Part shown: positions 12,105 to 25,424 of the stretch, piece after piece | How positions within the stretch are numbered: the stretch's first letter is position 1 | Layout: the number at the start of each line of letters is the position of its first letter | NCBI GenBank assembly: GCA_964016885.1 | Contig: OZ024743.1 | Coordinates: 28,892,001-28,956,000, forward strand | Direction: 5' to 3' | DNA length: 64,000 nt | Source of the DNA: Eledone cirrhosa | Lineage: Eukaryota | The notes under the pieces: generated by a model | Databases searched by the model: none | Told to the model about the DNA's origin: nothing | The model's input: the letters and a program-made list of their open reading frames with translations, nothing else | Position numbers and translations under genes: made by a program

Positions 12105-13475
12105 GATGGTGGTGGTGGTGGTGGTGGTGGTGGTGGTGGTGGTGGTGGTGACGTTGATGGTATTGATAATTGTTTGGGGGTGGCTCTAGGCATTAATGAT
12201 AATGGTAGTGTTAGTGGTGGTGGTTTTGAGGATGTTGTTGATGTGGTGGGGGTGATACTGATGTGATGGAGACAGAGGTGGTGATACGGATGGCTGATGG
12301 TAGTGGAGGTGGTGGTGGTGATGGTGGTGATGATGGTGATGATGATGGTGATGGTGATTGTCGTGGAGGTGATGGTGATGATTGTGATGCTGATAGAGGT
12401 GATGGTGGTGATGCTGATAGTGATAGAGGCGGAGGTGGTGATGCTGATGGTAGTGGTAGTGGTGATGATGGTGATGCTGATGATGGTGGTGGTGGTAGTG
12501 GTGATGGTGGTGGTGGTGGTGGTTTTGGTGGTGGTGGTGGTGGTGGTAGTGGTGGTGGTGATGGTAGTGGTGATGGTAGTGGTGGTGGTGGTGGTGGTAG
12601 TGGTGATGTTGGTGGTGGTAGTGGTAGTGGTGATGGTAGTGGTGATGGTAGTGGTGATGGTAGTGGTGGTGGTGGTGGTGGTGGTGGTAGTGGTGATGAT
12701 GGGGAGGCTCATGATGGTGGTGGTGGTGGTAGTAGTGATGGTGGTGGTGGTGTTGTTGTTGTTGGTGGTGGTGGTGGCGGTGGTGGTGGTGGTGGTGGTG
12801 GTGATGGTAGTGGTGGTGGTGATGGTAGTGGTGATGGTAGTGGTGGTGGTGGTGGTGGTAGTTGTGATGTTGGTGGTGGTAGTGGTAGTGGTGATGGTGG
12901 TGGTGGTAGTGGTGGTCGTGGTGGTGGTGGTGGTAGTGGTGGTGGTGGTGATGGTAGTGGTGATGGTAGTGGTGGTGGTGGTAGTAGTGGTAGTGGTGGT
13001 GGTGATGGTAGTGGTGATGGTAGTGGTGGTGGTGGTGGTGGTGGTAGTTGTGATGTTGGTGGTGGTAGTGGTAGTGGTGATGGTGGTGGTGGTAGTGGTG
13101 GTCGTGGTGGTGGTGGTGGTAGTGGTGGTGGTGGTGATGGTAGTGGTGATGGTAGTGGTGGTGGTGGTAGTAGTGGTAGTGGTGGTGGTGATGGTAGTGG
13201 TGATGGTAGTGGTGGTGGTGGTGGTGGTGGTAGTGGTGATGTTGGTGGTGGTAGTGGTAGTGGTGATGGTGGTGGTGGTAGTGGTGGTAGTGGTGGTGGT
13301 GGTGGTGGTAGTGGTGGTGGTGGTGGTGGAAGTGGTGGTAGTGATGATGGTGGTGGTGGTGGTGATGAAGGTGATGCTGGTGATGGTAGTGGTGGTGGTG
13401 GTGGTGGTGGTGGTGGAAGTGGTGGTAGTGATGATGGTGGTGGTGGTGGTAGTGGTGGTGATGGTGGTGGTGGTG
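12105..13475. repeat. Degenerate (GGT/GAT/AGT)n trinucleotide array with a 186-bp higher-order repeat
   Basis: Variant markers recur at 186-nt spacing: G(T/G)TGTGATGTT-type motif at 12861, 13047 and 13233, and GGTCGT at 12917 and 13103. Confidence 0.9.
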
Positions 13476-14022
13476 TCGGTTCTAAAGTTGATACATATAC
13501 GGGAAGTAATGGCATCGGTATCGATATTACTGGCTATATAGAGTTGCAGACGGTGACTGGTTTTCAAATGAAAAGTAATTTCCGGAGTAGTGTACAGAGA
13601 AGCGTGGCATTTGATAACACACACACACACACACACACACAGACACACACATACAGAGAGAGAGAGAGACCCCCCACCCCCACACACACACACATACATA
13701 CAGAGAGAGAGACACAGATACATACATGAATACATATTACATACATACACATACATACATGCATACATACACACACGCGCACATACACACATACATATAC
13801 ACACATATACACACACATATACACACATACATACATACACACACATACATACACACAGATGCACACACACACATATGCATATATACATACATACATACAT
13901 ATTCACACGTACATACATACACACATACATACTTACGCACACACACACATACATACATGCACACATATACATACACACACACATACATACATACACGCAT
14001 ACACGTACATACATACATACAT

Positions 14023-14587
14023 GGTGGCTGCCAACTCGTTTTCGAGTACGGCCACTACTTTATATCCATGTAGGAGAACTCCTACTGATGCGCTAAACAA
14101 GTGTGACTTTTTAGTCCAGCCAGCGACTTGAAAACTCTGGTACAAACACTACACTTGTGACAATTATTGACACATAGTGCTGGGCCCATGGTACCATGTG
14201 ACGACAAGTGCAGAGAGATCTCCAGATATAAAGCAATGCCTGTGCTGTGAAGCTTTTATAGTAAGCAAAAGCACTGCACAAAGCCAGTCCCACTCTCTTA
14301 ACCAAGATGATATTTACCAAAAAGAAGAACAAGTCAACATCATTGGATACCATCAGGGTTGCAGGTGTTATATCAGAGTTTTCCTTCTCCTAGAATTCTG
14401 CCTTGACAAAGGCTAAGGGGTCATCTCTCCCGGTGATTTTGGATGGCCATTGACTCTTAAGAACTCCTTTGCCCTTTGACAGGTTTTGTTTATAGTCCTG
14501 CAGGATGTCCAAAGTCACCCTCCTCACCAAGAAACCTTGGTGGGGTTGCCAGTTTAGTCGCCAACGTCCCGACCATGAAACAGGTTG
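14023..14587 (-). mobile_element. Element A, slightly 5'-truncated
   Basis: Same conserved end, flanked by (CATA)n. Confidence 0.85.
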
Positions 14588-14591
14588 TACA

Positions 14592-14625
<34 letters not shown>

Positions 14626-14644
14626 CATACATGATTGTGTATGT

Positions 14645-14978
14645 GAAGGTTTGTGGCTTAGTGGTTAGAGGGTTGGATTCACAGTCATGTGGTTGAGTTC
14701 AATTCCCTGATCTAGCGGTGCGTTGTGTCCTTGAGCAAGACACTTTATTTCACGTTGCTACTTCAGTTGCAGAAATAAATTGTGACGTCATTGGTGGCAT
14801 ACTGTATCAGTCTTTGCCTTTCTCTTGGACAACATCGGTGGTGTGGAGAGGAGAAACTGGTATGCCTGGGCACCTGTTGGTCTTCCACAAAAACACATTG
14901 CCCTGGCTTGTACTTTAGTGTGGAACTTTCTAGAAGCAAAACCCATGGTCTTTTGTGATCGAAGGGAGGTTGTACCCC
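14645..14978 (+). mobile_element. tRNA-derived CORE-like SINE (family S2)
   Basis: A-box TGGCTTAGTGGTT, B-box GAGTTCAATTCC, then GTGTCCTTGAGCAAGACACTT. Confidence 0.7.
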
Positions 14979-14984
14979 TCTCTC

Positions 14985-15062
<78 letters not shown>

Positions 15063-16021
15063 TGTGTGTATGTGTGTGCGTGTGCGTGTATATGTATTTA
15101 TATACTTATATAAATATACATATATATATATACATATATATATATACATATATAGATATATATATATGACTGTAAATATATACATATATATACATATATA
15201 TATATATATCAATTTGAATTTGTAAATTTGCCGGTTACATATATATTTTTTAACAGTTTCTGAAGATATGATAGAGACAACATGTATTTTAAATTGAGTG
15301 GCACTACTTTCAGTGTTTACCAATTTTTAGACAACTCTATCAGTGAAACAATTGTTAGACTGTAAATAAATCTCCTTTTTTGTACTGTTGACCATGTTAT
15401 ACTCCATGTACCGGTTGTATCTCAGCGCACTAAACGGGCAATGTAAGATACATTTCCAGAGTATACACATAGTTATTTTCCTCAACACAACACACGTAAA
15501 ACGGGTGCATATAAGGTTCCCGGACTCGAGTTTCTGCAGTACTAATGCAGCAGTAAGGTGCACTGCACGATCTGTCTGCATATATTATGCAACAATGCAC
15601 AATCGGCTTATGCGGCTTCATCAGCGAGTATCGCCTAATCAATAACCAATCGACGGACATAATCCAAACACCGGCCCGTGCCGGTCATGACTGTTTGTGA
15701 CAACCGACACGGTAAAGCGATTAACTGGTAACCGATAGGACTCTATCTCTCAACTAGCCACTGATTTACAAATTTTACGTGGGGACGAGAAGCTAAAAAG
15801 AATCAATCTATTAGTTCCTGTCAGAAGTTCTCAGCCAACGTGTCTCACACACAAATTATCAAGGGGTAAAAAGATGGCTACTATAAATAGCAGTTCACAT
15901 TGATACAAAATATATATATATATATATATATACAGGAAAAGAGTTAGGACTCCGACAGCTGAGCTCCGGCCGTTACGACAGCTACATCTGGTGTGTTATG
16001 GTCCACCTGGTTGCTTACCAC

Positions 16022-16070
<49 letters not shown>

Positions 16071-16130
16071 AAAAAAGATGAAATCGGAAATGCAACTGGA
16101 GTCTTTTTTTTTAAATATATATTTATTTGG

Positions 16131-16174
16131 TTCCTTTACCGGTTTCGCAGTTCTTCTGCTTTTCAAAAGTAGAA
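16131..16174 (-). ncRNA. Minimal type I hammerhead, U3-A8 core variant
   Basis: Minus strand reads TTC TA CTT-TTGAAAA-GCAG AAGAA CTGC-GAAA-CCGG-TA-AAG GAA. Confidence 0.65.
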
Positions 16175-16792
16175 TTGAGATGGAGGGTCTGTAGTTTTTC
16201 TCACATCTGGTTTGTCTTTGAATGTTACTTCTGTTTTATATGGAATAAAGTGGCTCGAAATGCTAGGTTTTTAGAGAAGTAATTTGGTTGGTTAGTGAAT
16301 AAGTATAATAAATTTCGCGCCAGTTCGCGTTACAAAGTTCTTATTACATCTGCCTTCAAACAAAGGGGGGCGGGAGGAGGGCTCAGGTTGTTTTTTCATA
16401 TATGAGTGAACTTTGGTTGGTTGATACAGTCACGTGAATAAGCACATCAGCTTCCGCGGCAGTTTGTGTTTGAATTTCTTTTTACTTAAAAAAAAAGGTG
16501 GCTCACGAAGGCTTTTTTTTATAAATGTAATTTGATTGGTTATAAATGAAATTATGACTGTCACGTGAACAAGTACATTAAATTTCGCGCCCGTATTTGG
16601 GAATTTATTTTGTAGCCTTTTAGAGAATTTTGTGCTAAACAAAAGATAATGGTCAAGAAAAATGGGATGGGGAGAATTGTTCTGGTTCAGTGAATATGGC
16701 TGGTGCGCTGGGGTGTCAGAATTCAAACTTTCTATTGAAATAAATAAAGTAGAGATATGTATGTTTATTAGTGTGCTTGTGTGTGTGTGTGC

Positions 16793-16881
<89 letters not shown>

Positions 16882-17137
16882 GGAAAATGATTCTATTAGT
16901 AGAAATGGAGCAGAGAGTTGTATGTGTGTGTATGGGTGTGTGGGAGTATGGTTAGCATGTTAAGATTGAGAGAATATATATATTTTGTGTGTGTGTGTAG
17001 GAAAATGATTCCGTTAGTAGAAATGGAGGAGGGAGTTATATGTGTGTGGGGGGGGGGGTTTGGCATGTTAAGGTGTTAGAGTATTAACGTATGTTAAGGT
17101 TTATTTAGTTCTGGTTTTTATTTTCTAAAGTAGGTGT

Positions 17138-17211
<74 letters not shown>

Positions 17212-17257
17212 TGTCTGTTTGGATGATTAGCATGTTATGGTGTTGACATAATGTATA

Positions 17258-17738
17258 TTAAACTATATTTAATGCTGGTCTATATTTTTGAATAAACATA
17301 TTTTCCTTATTTATTCGTATTTGTTCTGTTGTAGTGTCAGCGCAAAGATAAAATGGAAAGACTTGGAATTTGGATGTCTTATTACTTGCGCATATGTCTA
17401 GATGTGCACTTAGTGGTATCTGTCTCGTGGTTGGATCTCGTAATTGTTGGCGATGAACTGTCATTCTGTTTCTGAGTGTGAGTTTAGTTTGTCCTATATA
17501 ATCTTCATTGCATAGATTAGATTTTTTGATGAGCAAGTGAAGTGATTTTTTACAGCAAAATTTTGTCCTGATTGAAATGTATACGTGTTGCCTTTAATGA
17601 GGTGAGTGCAGGTTCCACAATTAGAGCGACCACATTTTTTGACAGTTGGTTCTGGGTTTGTTGTAGGTAATGTTTTTAGTGATTTCGGTTGTCTTTTGCT
17701 TTTGATTATTTTGTGTCTTTCAAGGGCTTTTTCATTAT
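17258..17738 (-). pseudogene. PLE Cys-linker plus GIY-YIG endonuclease (frameshifted)
   Basis: KRQPKSL..KCGRSNCGTC..FTCSSKNLIY / CNEDYIGQTKLTLRNRMTVH..E..FIQKYRPALN. Confidence 0.85.
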
Positions 17739-17741
17739 ATG

Positions 17742-17808
<67 letters not shown>

Positions 17809-18034
17809 GTATATATATATATATATTATACCTTTGTTAAGTAGGAAGTTAGGGATAATCTGTAGTATACAAAAAGAATTCTGTTGGAAGAATTTCTTAT
17901 GGAAGTTTAGTTTAGTTTAATGGTGTTCTTCTCGTTTCTTTCTGAGTCGGAAATCTAACGAAGAAAGATAACTCCGGTGAATCACTGTGCCAACTTCAAA
18001 TTCTATGTAATTGCTGACATTTTTAACACATTAT

Positions 18035-18106
18035 ATTGGGTCGTCAAGTATGAAATTTGTAGAAAGAAAAGCAAATTTCTGCAAATTTCATACTTGACGA
18101 CCCAAT
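18035..18106. repeat. 31-bp inverted repeat with a 10-nt loop
   Basis: ATTGGGTCGTCAAGTATGAAATTTGTAGAAA pairs with TTTCTGCAAATTTCATACTTGACGACCCAAT, with a single G:U. Confidence 0.9.
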
Positions 18107-18438
18107 TTTTAGTTTCACTAAAAATCACATATCTGAGAAAGTAAGGACAGTAAATTCAGCTACCGAACGTAGCACTCTAGCTACTCCATATATGTAATGG
18201 TTAGTAAACCTGATAAATTTGGCCGTAAAAGTAGTTCCTATGTCCCTTTAAATATGGAATCGCCCAAATAGAAGTATCTGTGATTCACAATAATGGTCAG
18301 GGTTTAGTTGATGTCTGGGGACGTAAGGTCAAATATACAATGGTGTCTCTTTTTCTTAATTTCTCGTTCATTTTGTCTTGCCATTTTCTCGGTAGCAAAG
18401 TCGTAATGAATATTGTATTTCCGTCATCCCTTATGTAT

Positions 18439-18940
18439 GTGCTACTGGTAACATATAACCCAGTACAACCTGTCTCATGGTAGGGGCGTCGGCGACTAGA
18501 CCGGCAACCCCACCAAGCAAGCTTGGTATAGAGGGTGATATTTGGACACCCTGTAGGATGAAATACAAGACCCGTCAAAGAGCAGAGGATCTCAGCAGAG
18601 TCAACGGTCATTCAAATAGTACTTTTCTTTTTTGCCTGGGAGTGAAAGACCCCAGTTGTCACAACACCTTTCTAAGAGAGGGAAACTCTGAAAAAAACCA
18701 GCGGCTTCGGAAGCATCCGATGATGTTGACCAGTTCTCCTTTTCGGGTAGTTTTTTCGATGCTCTGGGAGTGGGATTGGTCGAGTGCAAGGCCTTTCCCC
18801 ACTTAAAAAACCTTCAAAGCACAGGCACTGCTTGTTCAGGATCTGTTACAGGTTCGTGTGGCTGGCCGTAGCCTAAAAGTGCACCATTTTCTGTAATCTG
18901 ACAAGCAATTGCAATACACTTAGCAGAGTTTACAGCCATC
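18439..18940 (+). mobile_element. Diverged relative of element A
   Basis: GTGCTACTGGTAACAT..CCCAGTACAACCTGTCTCATGGT..., ending CAGCCATC|ATGTATGTATG. Confidence 0.8.
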
Positions 18941-18962
18941 ATGTATGTATGTATATATGTAT

Positions 18963-19189
18963 AACTCCGATATAAAACCTGCGGCAAGTAGTTACCGATG
19001 ATGTTGATCTTTTCTTATTTTTGGGTTATAGCTACTGTCGCTCAGAGAGTGGGATTGGCTCAGTGCACAGTCTTTCCTCACTTTAAAAAATATCTTCATG
19101 CGCAGGCATTGCATGATAGAATTAATTAATAATTATTAATAATGGTATATCGTGCAATGGCCATTCTCGATAACGAGGGGGCAGCCATC
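18963..19189 (+). mobile_element. Diverged, truncated relative of element A
   Basis: Ends CTCGATAACGAGGGGGCAGCCATC|(ATGT)n. Confidence 0.7.
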
Positions 19190-21597
19190 ATGTATGTATG
19201 TATGTATGTATGTATGTATGTATGTATGTATGTATGTATGTATCTATGTATGTATAGAAAACACATAGATGAGATCATTTGTCATTAAAAAAGAAACAAT
19301 ATGTCATTCCTTTTTATGAAAAGTTGGTTGTTTCAACCGAAAGAATACAATCCATAAGGAAATATAAGGAGAAAATGCGGGGGGGGGCATATATTTTACG
19401 TTTAAATATTTCCATTGTGTTGCACTCGACCAAGTAACTATACGTGACCTGCTCAAGGAGGAATTCATGTTACACTGCGGAAGTGACACGCTTCATTAGC
19501 CAATAATGTTAAAATATAACAATGTTTTAATTGTCTGGATTTCTCTTTTTACTAAAATCAAAATTAAATAAGGCTCAAGGGCATTTGAAACATGAACGAA
19601 AAAACGTTGTAGAAATTGTTTCTATTTCCAGATGATTTCATCAAGTTCTTCAATAAAATATTAAAAAATACAAACAGAATTTTAACAATCAAGCACTTAG
19701 TCTTTGTTATGTCATTTAGTTATAAATCTATTTCCTTCTTAGATCTTCAGCTGAAAAGGAATAGAAAATTTCCTTTTTAATACCTACATAGCTTGCTCTC
19801 GTTGGTTGTGTATTTGGGAAGAACATAATTGTCACATTATATTAATCCTGCCTCGAAAAAATAGTGTTGTGTTAAATAGAAATTAATATTTATGGCGTGT
19901 AGCAAAGACAGACCTGTCAAGTCTCCCCGTCCGACGGGGAGACCTCCCAACCACTTTGGGGTGGGTGAGAGATATCTTCTCTTATGAAAATGGGTATAGC
20001 TTTCATTATGTAAAATCTCTTTGCTTCATTTCTACCCGTTTTGGGGCACTTTTTTTCATGGTTCTCCCTGTTTGGGTTTTTAGAGGTTGGCAGGTTTGAG
20101 TTCAATACATCAGTGTTTTGATTTCATGCTTCACCTAGAGAATAAAACAAGCATATATATAATTTAAATGAGATTTTGCTGCTATGTCTAGCAGGTCAAA
20201 GGACAGCGAAGATACTCTCTTAGACTGTGTTGAGTATTTGGGGTATAACTGGGTAGCTGGGTATTGAGTTGAAACTTTTGTTGATGTCAATAGCAGTTAA
20301 AATGTTGTATGGAGTGTTGGATCCTTCATTTATTTTTGTGTGAGGTTTGTAAAGAGTGTAGTGATTAAGTGTAATAAATCGACGTCGTGATTTCGAAATG
20401 GGAATCTATTGGTTAGTGATATGAAGGAGTATTGAATATGAAGGGAATAGGTCTATATGAAGCTACTCTATTTTTTAAACCTAAAATGTTGATCATACAG
20501 ATAGTAGTAAAGGCAATGATTCCTAGACGCCTTAAGTATTTTAGGGATGCGTTTTAGACTTTTAAGTTTGTAATTTCCTTATTGATTTCCTGGTTCCTCA
20601 CGAAAAGAAAGATTTGAACTGGATCATAGTTTCTCACAAATTTATATTTAATCTCTTCTTAAATGTCCATGTTATTCGTTTAAATAATCCCTCTGCCAGC
20701 CGTTTGTTATTTGAAGCCGTTTGCTATTCGAAGACTCTTCTTCGTACTTTACGCTTATCTTTTCTTGGGGTGTTTTTGCCTTTTTCATGTTAGTCATTTA
20801 CTTCTTTAATCCCTACTTGCACAGGATGGTACTATTGTTTGTGGCTAAGGAAAGAACTGTGTCCCTTCCATACTTAAAGAGTAAATACCGGAAGCAATTT
20901 TAGCAAAAACGTTTGTAAATTTCGCGCTTGGAGAACAATGTGACTGCATGTTGGGTGTCCGTTTTACTGTTGTTGTTGATTTTATTAATGCTGCAGAAGT
21001 TGCTGCAGTTGCTGCTGCTGCTACTGTCGTTGCTGAGTGGATTTTCATAGCCACTCAATAAATTATTTTATGATTCGAAAAATACAAGCTTTTCTGAATC
21101 GAAAAAAAAATTTATTTCTGGTTGCAGAGCAGGCTCATTCAAGTATTTATGGATTTTTTTTTTTTTTTTTTTTTTTCAGTCCGTATTATCCGAAGAGAGT
21201 CGATCCAAAAACCTACTCAATTGTTCAAATGACATTCAATAAAGTTATTTTATATTTTCTATGCGAAAAAAAAATTAATAAAAATTTACTTGTCTTGTCA
21301 AAGAATTATGTAAAAATATATTAATCCAATTGATATAAAAATACAAATTTAATTTCCGAAGTGTTAATGTCCAAACGATGTTAAGTCAAACAAAAGAAAA
21401 GCAAACACAGCGTTGCATAGAATTCGTTGACTTGTTTAAATTGGAGCAAGGATTGATTCAATAAACAGCCATTGTAAACAGGTATTAAGGTGCATAGAAA
21501 TATAATCTAATTTTTTTTTAATCGTTTGAAAAATATTGTAATAAACAGCCCCAACAGGCAAATCGAACAAAAACATCCGTTCAAGCTGAGTGCAATA

Positions 21598-21816
21598 ATA
21601 ATGTTTTCTTATATAGGCACAAGGCCAACAATTTTGGGGGAGGGGTAAGTCGATTAAATCGACCCCAGTGCGTGACTGGTACTTTATTTTATCGACCCCG
21701 TAAGGATGAAAGGCAAAGTTATCCTCGGTGGGATTTGAACTCACATCATAAAGGGCCGTAACTCTATGCTGTAAAGCATGGCGTCCGACCCTCTACCGAT
21801 ACTGCCAATCCACCGC
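21598..21816 (-). mobile_element. SINE S1 (longer variant)
   Basis: Reverse complement of the S1 pattern, with both boxes. Confidence 0.85.
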
Positions 21817-22854
21817 TGAATGCAATAATAATAAGAATGGTCTCTAATTTATGCAGAAGGACAAGAGGTTCTGGAGAAAGGATGAATTGATTTAACCAAC
21901 TCTATGACTTGACTTATACTTTATTCTAGTGACCCCAGCAGTCTAAAAAGCAAAATTGGCTTAGCGAGAATTGAACTCAGAAGCTACAAGATAGAAAGGA
22001 AGAAAGAAAGTCGCGTAAATTGGAAATATAATAATTGTTTCATAAAATAAAATACTTATAACGTTTTAGCTTAGATTTCTATAAACAACATTAGGGCGAG
22101 TTTGACTTCCTCGTCATGTAGTAAATCGAGTTAGCAAGTATCTTAACGTTAAAAAAATCCCGTTTTAATGATACCAGCATGCAACTGGCCATGTGGAAAC
22201 GCTGGAGTAGGGAGATAAATAACAGACATCAGGAGAATCAAGAAACTCTGGTAGCTACAAAGTTTCTTGGTCGTCATTGCTAATAGAACCAGCATCAAGA
22301 ATAGTTAGTCAACTTCTACTTTTTTTAAACAGTTAAAATAGCTCCTCATGAAAGACATTGCCAATAGTTAAAATCATTCACTAAATGTTCGTATACAAGC
22401 TGAATTTGATAACAGAAAGAAAATGAGAATGAATTTCAATTGTATCAGTGTTTACGGTATTAAAACATTAAGAAATCTATCTTCAATAAGATGCAACAAC
22501 CAATCAGCATGGCGTACTAAGTCAAGCTGAGATGAGATATTGTTAGAACGGGAACAATGTAGAAGTTTTATAGGAGTAATGAAACGTAAAACTTCAACTT
22601 CGCAAGAGCTGCAAATACATTTTGTTTTTCAAATTATATACTAAGAATTGAAGACCACCACGTTTTCATATTAGAGAAAGAATGAGACGCTCCATTCATT
22701 CCAAAAATAAGGAATTTGCCAACAAATTATGAAACCTTATTTTCTGATACATTGCGAGATTTGATTATATATAAAGAAAGACGATGAGGTTTCGTTTACA
22801 TGTATTTAGGTTTTAATTTTGTATCGACCCGTTACGCGCATACATCCCCCCCCA

Positions 22855-22863
22855 CACACACAC

Positions 22864-22910
<47 letters not shown>

Positions 22911-22977
22911 GGTAGATAGATAATAGATAGATACACAGACAGACAGACAGACAGACAGATAGATAGATAGAAAGATA

Positions 22978-23033
<56 letters not shown>
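22855..23033. repeat. (CAGA)n/(TAGA)n microsatellite
   Basis: Read directly from the sequence. Confidence 0.95.
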
Positions 23034-23034
23034 T

Positions 23035-23319
23035 TTGCAGATCCAATATCCAAGATACAACTTCAGCTTCATACCCATCATTATTTGAGCTACAGGTTAT
23101 ATACCAGCCCGCTTGGACCAAAGTATGACTGAACTTGGATTTATGGACAAAGAGCGCAACTCCCTAATTCATAGACTATAAATGGCTGCGATAGCTGGCA
23201 CCTTAAAACTTTGCAAAACATTCTTGCGATTCAAGGGATGACAATTTCTTTTCTTTTACAGCCTTGCCACCAGGAAGGTGGCCGGTAAAAAATGTACTCG
23301 AAATTAAGAGAAAGAGAAA
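23035..23319 (+). mobile_element. Second 3'-end copy of RLE LINE family C
   Basis: Colinear with 11688-11977, followed by TACACATACAT. Confidence 0.8.
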
Positions 23320-23697
23320 TACACATACATGTGTGTGTGTGTGTTATGTTTATACCGCATAACAACCAGTGTTGTTTATATTTGACAAATAAAAATCGAT
23401 AAAACAAGAGCCAAACTTATAAATAAGTATTGGAGTTGTTATAATCGACTAACCGCTTAAAGGTGAAGCCCCAGCATGACTGCAATCTAGTGATTGAAAC
23501 CAATAAACGAATAAGCGAATACTTGGTAGAATTTAAGAAAGGTAAGGTAATTAGAAATGAGCCACAACCATTGTAAAATGAAACAAATAACGTAGTTTTC
23601 CTGAATTACCGAAACAAATAAGTTTCGTCTTAGCACGGATTTTGTTTTTGTAACAACAATTGACATTATTCGATATTTTAGAAACTCAAAGAGCCGA

Positions 23698-24320
23698 GCG
23701 GTGGATTGGCAGAATCGTTAGAGCGTCGGATAAAATACATTTGTTCCGGCTCTTTATGTTCTAAGTTTAAATGTCGCATTCTTCCAAGGTTGATGAAATA
23801 AAGTACTTTAAGGGTGGGTTGGCAGAATCAAAGTATCGGACAGGTTTTGCAGTATTTAATTACGTCGCTTTCTGTTTTGATTTCAAAATCACGCCTAGTT
23901 CAACTTTGCTTTTCATTCTTCCAGAATCGATAAAATAAATTACCAATCAAGTACTGGGGTCGATAAACTTGACTGTTCAACGCTCCGAAAAGTCTGATCT
24001 TGAGCTTATGCTGGAAATTAGCTACAGCTGAGGTTTGGTTGAATCGTTAAAGTGCAGGATAATGTGACTAACGGCCTTTGTTTTGGTTATTGACATTCTG
24101 AGTTCAAATCACACCGAGGTGACTTTCACTTTCCCCCTTCTGAGTCAATAAAATAAAATACCACTAAAGAACTGACTCTATTTTCCACATCCTCTCGAAA
24201 TTAGGAAAACCATTATTTAAGGGCCGTTGACTGACAGAATCGATAAAACAACGATAAGCCAACTTTGCCTTTTACGGGTTTGATCATAAAAAATTACTAT
24301 TGAGGTTCTGTGGTCGATGT
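23698..24320 (+). mobile_element. Head-to-tail array of old, degenerate S1 SINEs
   Basis: Repeated TGGCAGAATCGTTA, TTCAAATC and ATAAAATAAA.TACCA motifs. Confidence 0.6.
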
Positions 24321-25424
24321 TAATGTACTATGCATGCAATTTTGGACCCGTAATTCTTGAGGGAGTCGTAGGAGCTCCGTATTTCTAGGGTATATCTAAG
24401 GCCTTTCTAGAGTATTTTTAAACCTCCTCCCTTTGTCTGAATACAGCAGATCGTACAGAGAAGGATAGAGCGAGTGAGAAAATGGAAATGAGAAAGAGAT
24501 GTAATGGAAGAATTTACCCCAGTACTTGACTAGTACTTTTTCATCGACCTCGAATGGATGAAAGGCAATGTTGATCTTGGTGAGATTTGAACTCAAAGAG
24601 TACTATACTCTTCTCTATAATCTCTGTTGGAAATCAGGCATATTCACTTTTTAGTTCTTAAATTTTTTCTTTGCTTTCTGTATCTAAATGTTATTCTTCT
24701 ATGACTTAAATTTTAAAAGTCAAATGGAATGTTTTGATGTTTATAATTTTTTTGAATCTATTAGCAGTCTGAGTTAAGTGAAAAGTCATCATATTGTCAC
24801 TTGTGTTAAGAGTTGTTGCTGTGGTTCTTCTTCTTCTTTCAGTCATTCTATCCGTGCCAATGTCATCTTTTCCTTTCAGACATGTTGTTCTGCGAACTAC
24901 GTTGTCCTTCACTTTTTAATGAGCCAGCGAGAGCATCTTCCCCTACTAGTAATAATAACCAAATCATGTCCTGCTGGTAATATACTTCTTGCGCCACAAT
25001 GTTTTAAATGTTAGTGTTGGCAAAAGATCAGGCAAAGAGAAGCAGTATGATGGATTGAACCAATAGCATTGTATTGCTGGTAAGTATTTTTATCCACACA
25101 GGATGGATGGGGGTGAAAAAATAAACCCCGGTAAAATTTTAGAATAAATCAAAGGACGTAAGCAAATCATAAAATCTTTCTCGTCACATTGCCATCCTAC
25201 TCTACTTTCGCTATTAAATGTCATTCAACCTAGTTTCATCCTCCACAAAATTAAAGTTTTATTTGTTTACATGAATTATATATTAATTCTTTTCTAAATA
25301 TGAATTATATTATATCGTGCCAACGGCTACCTACAGCGATCACAAAATCACGGAAATCACCAAATGGCATTACGTTCCGGCGACCTTTGTAAAAGTTTTA
25401 GATTTTCTATCGCTGTTTAAAAGA

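Larger units (their letters stand above)
16067..17990 (-). mobile_element. Penelope-like element remnant (N-terminal piece, Zn-finger plus GIY-YIG, 3' UTR with hammerhead), RT missing
   Basis: See the two features below. 17833-17990 reads ..NFHKKFF...C...IIPNFL, resembling PLE N-termini. Bounded by (TA)n on the left. Confidence 0.7.

Noticed and set aside
19440-19510. Promoter-like CGGAAGTG and CCAAT motifs; TTTCGCGC sites at about 16313, 16583 and 20920
   Set aside because: These are short motifs with no linked exon or TSS evidence, and two lie inside a PLE.
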